Assembly (NCBI RefSeq): GCF_033153115.1
Contig: NW_026889758.1
Location: 7,502,001 to 7,566,000, forward strand
DNA length: 64,000 nt
DNA from: Saccostrea echinata
Taxonomy: Eukaryota
Reading direction: 5' to 3'
The position numbers and the translations under genes were made by a program. Positions 61,401 to 64,000 of this stretch are shown here, piece by piece. Within the stretch, counting starts at the first letter, position 1. The number at the start of each line of letters is the position of its first letter. Under the pieces are notes generated by a model that was not told where the DNA came from, did not search any database, and was given only the letters and a program-made list of their open reading frames with translations.

Positions 61401-63794
61401 TTCTACCTTGATATATATTTAACTCATGGCCTATAGTTGCATATTTTTGTCATGAAAGAGATTTGTCAACAATCATTTGTTTCACAGGAGTCGTAAATTC
61501 TTTGCATTTCCCCATGTTTACATTCACAAGACCTTTTCGTGTTCAGCTGACATAACATTTTACAAATGGTGCCATTGATCGAAAATGGAAATTGCTTTAA
61601 TAGCTACTCTATGTGTACTTAAAAAAAGTGGGCTTCATATTTTAGCGGCTTTGGCACAGACAACGATGCACTAATTCATGAATACCGCAAAGAAATCATT
61701 TATAAATACAATATACGGCATGGACATGTAAAGTGCTAATTCATGATTTCGCCAACATCTCCATACCCAGTGATTGCGCTAAATTTTGAATGTGCCAATT
61801 TATGAACACGTACAGTATTTATAGAAGCAAGACACTTGTATGGTATGACTATGAAATTTCGAGGAAACATGTATTTTTTTTTTTATGATTTTTCTCAAAA
61901 ATCATAACATAATTTTTACATTTGTTCATATTAAATATATGACACAATACTGTAGATCATTCATTGTGGCACAGTTAATTTTAAGGCACATTAAAATACC
62001 CCTCAGTATTGTTAAAGAATTACCTGTGAAGAACTGACAATATGCCGTTTGTCTTTGGACCAGTCCATACATAACACTTTTCCATGATGTCCCTTTAATA
62101 CCTTTCTGGCTTTCATATTAAATTGTGTTATGCTATCTATCTTCTTTGTAACTTCACCCACTGTAATAAAATTCTTGTAATGAAAAATCAGATGATCACA
62201 AAAGATAAAAGAGAGTGAATTTTATACATTGATGACAACAAATGTATCAGAACTTGTACTTATCATTGTATAGCAAAGAATGAATAAATAAAAATGTACA
62301 AATGTTGATTCTATAAATTTATACAATTCAGATTACAATCTGAATAAAACTATAGATCTAAAATTTTGCCAGAAGCCTCACAACAACTCTAACTTCAAAG
62401 TTCTTTTCAGCTTTCTCTCATAGTACTTGTCTGCTAGCCCATCGTTTTTTGGTGAACTTCATTGCAGAGACATATTGCACAGAATTGATTAACTTACAGT
62501 TTTAATTACAATCAACAGATTATGTCAGAAAGTTCATGCAAAGTTTTTTGGTGCAGTTATAAGAATTTTAAATCTCTAGGTGTTTAAGGATCTGGCAATT
62601 TTAGGGATGTTTGGTGTTTAAGGTCTCAGGGTGGGTTGATAGTAAGATTCTGAAAGGGGGGTATTTCTTCTTAAGGCCATAGACATAGATTTATTAATAC
62701 AAATTCTGAGATCTAACGAATGATTTTAAAAGCTTCCATGTAGGACTTTATCCTAAGACCTCAGACCAAACAAGGCATAAGGGCTTGGTTTCAGGATGGT
62801 GTTTTTGTGTATTGTGTGTGTTTTTCCCATCTAAAAATTGAAAATCGCTGAAATTAGCAGTTTTTAAAGAAAAATAAATTGTATTTCAATGTACATAAAA
62901 AATACAAGGTTGACATTCGCCATCTTGGATTCAGATTGCCATTGAAAAAGTTATGGTACCCATGTCTGTCTAGAGAAAAAAACAAGTTTAGTGTGGTTTC
63001 TGTTCTCTATAGACATTCTATGTACCTCTGGAAGACATCTGTATTTTACATATTAGAAATCCGTTGTTTTCAATCTTATGTGCTAGCCTGCTAGGGATGT
63101 TCTGATTCACTTTGTTTTAAACAGCATGTGCAAATCAGCCAAATTAATATTTTCCAAGCTTGATCTTGCCCAACATCAGAAAGAAATGTGAAGATATTGA
63201 TTTATAAATCAAGTGTGAATCAAGACACCCCCTGGAATCCATGACTCTGAGTGTTGTCCCTTGTATTTTCTTTTATGTACATTTAAATACAATTTATTTT
63301 TAAAAAAACTTCTAAATTCTAAAGTTTAATTTTAATCAATGTATTAAGACAGACACAAACACACAATATACAAAATTAACCATCCTGAAAACTGAGTTCC
63401 TATGCATATAAGCAGGGACCTATATACTAGTTTATAGGTCCCTGATATAAGCTACTCAATCTCTCCCTTCCTATTTATGTCTGACACTCAAAGTAAATTG
63501 AACAGTATAATGTGTGTGTTTGTGCAGTATGCGTGTGTGCATGTGTATGTCCATACATCTGTGCATCTCATCAATCAATCACTCATTTCATTACTTCCCT
63601 TTTCTCTGACATTGAGCGACATTTTCCTCAGAAGCCCTTACCGCATCCCCATATAAACCAAAATCCCACCACTTACTGTCCATATCTGCTAGCTTTGCCT
63701 TTTCTTCTTCTAACTTTTTCTTGAGATTCGCAGCCTCGGCGCTCAGTGCATCCACAGTGTCCTGATTATCAATCCTCAGAGCTTCTGTTGCCAT
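55440..63794 (-). CDS. GNB5: Guanine nucleotide-binding protein subunit beta-5 (10 exons)
   Basis: Exons 63794-63677, 62160-62024, 60943-60902, 60775-60699, 60155-60029, 58105-57962, 57825-57685, 57103-57007, 55910-55744, 55451-55440. N-terminal coiled coil and WD40 repeats with Gbeta5-type sequences ([44 protein letters not shown]). Confidence 0.96.
56170..57020. repeat. Compound minisatellite built from the GNB5 exon 8 end plus donor
   Basis: ~40-bp ACTTACCACTGATG(G/T)AGAAGTGATCTAATGTCTG units interleaved with ~30-bp GACTTATGTGGACTACAGATATGAAGTCT units. Confidence 0.88.
57236..57632 (+). mobile_element. HINE fragment in GNB5 intron 7
   Basis: AACAAGAGATGTTTGTGAAACAC start, two ~160-bp repeats and a GACA microsatellite. 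Confidence 0.7.
58635..58674 (+). ncRNA. Minimal type I hammerhead ribozyme (Penelope-like), inside a 99-bp TSD-flanked insertion
   Basis: AGTT-CTGATGA-C-GACC(GTCTCT)GGTC-GAAA-CCG-GTC-AACT: conserved core, stem I AGTT/AACT, stem II GACC/GGTC, palindromic stem III ACCGGT and GUC cleavage triplet. 13-bp direct repeats AGATCTTATAATA at 58618 and 58730. Confidence 0.8.
58840..60080. repeat. ~62-68-bp minisatellite made of the GNB5 exon 5 end plus donor
   Basis: About 18 copies of CTGATTACCTGTTTGTCTGAGGTGGTAAAGGTACAACAGGACAGGTAGCTAGTGTG. The terminal copy is the coding exon. Confidence 0.9.
63413..63444. mobile_element. 32-bp (16+16) TIR remnant with 7-bp TSD (probable P-superfamily excision footprint)
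   Basis: ATATAAG|CAGGGACCTATATACT-AGTTTATAGGTCCCTG|ATATAAG. Confidence 0.75.
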
Positions 63795-63817
63795 TTTCAC
63801 GGCAAGTTTCCCTCCAC

Positions 63818-63826
63818 CCGGAAGTG
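63818..63826 (+). promoter_or_regulatory. ETS/GABP-type motif just upstream of the GNB5 start codon
   Basis: CCGGAAGTG ~25 bp upstream of the ATG. Motif match only. Confidence 0.35.
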
Positions 63827-64000
63827 TTTACTGTTGCTTGGGGTTTTGCCGATGGGTCGTAAAATTCCGAACAGGGATGTTAATCATATACTTTCAGGTT
63901 TTACTGAGAAAAAAACACATGTACATATTCACTGCTTATCATTGAGAATTCTTACTAGCAAGGAAAGTTTCTCAGACAGATCGTCTGATGTAAACAAATC

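Overview
AT-rich, intron-containing eukaryotic DNA, most likely a bivalve (oyster-like). That assignment is inferred from the Cg170-like ~168-bp satellite carried in Helentron-type non-autonomous elements. Six protein genes are supported: the first coding exon of a DEG/ENaC (ASIC/FaNaC-like) channel (minus, continuing off the left edge); a single-ORF, membrane-anchored Mab21/cGAS-like nucleotidyltransferase-fold protein with a degenerate catalytic triad (minus); an ankyrin-repeat/SOCS-box protein (plus); and three multi-exon minus-strand genes traced exon by exon, mitochondrial CLPX (10 exons), DDX49 (12 exons) and GNB5 (10 exons). Intergenic and intronic space is packed with non-autonomous transposons (Helentron/HINE, Kolobok, Tc1/mariner-pogo, PIF/Harbinger, hAT, SINE and LINE remnants), often nested. 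There are two assembly gaps. The most unusual signals are: (i) five tandem amplifications of exon/splice-site junctions in three neighbouring genes; (ii) a 99-bp TSD-flanked insertion that is essentially a minimal hammerhead ribozyme; (iii) probable P-element excision footprints with 7-bp TSDs; (iv) an array of perfect oestrogen-response-element palindromes in a mobile satellite; and (v) the TM-anchored cGLR/Mab21 pseudoenzyme. Exon and element boundaries were read by eye and may be off by a few bases.
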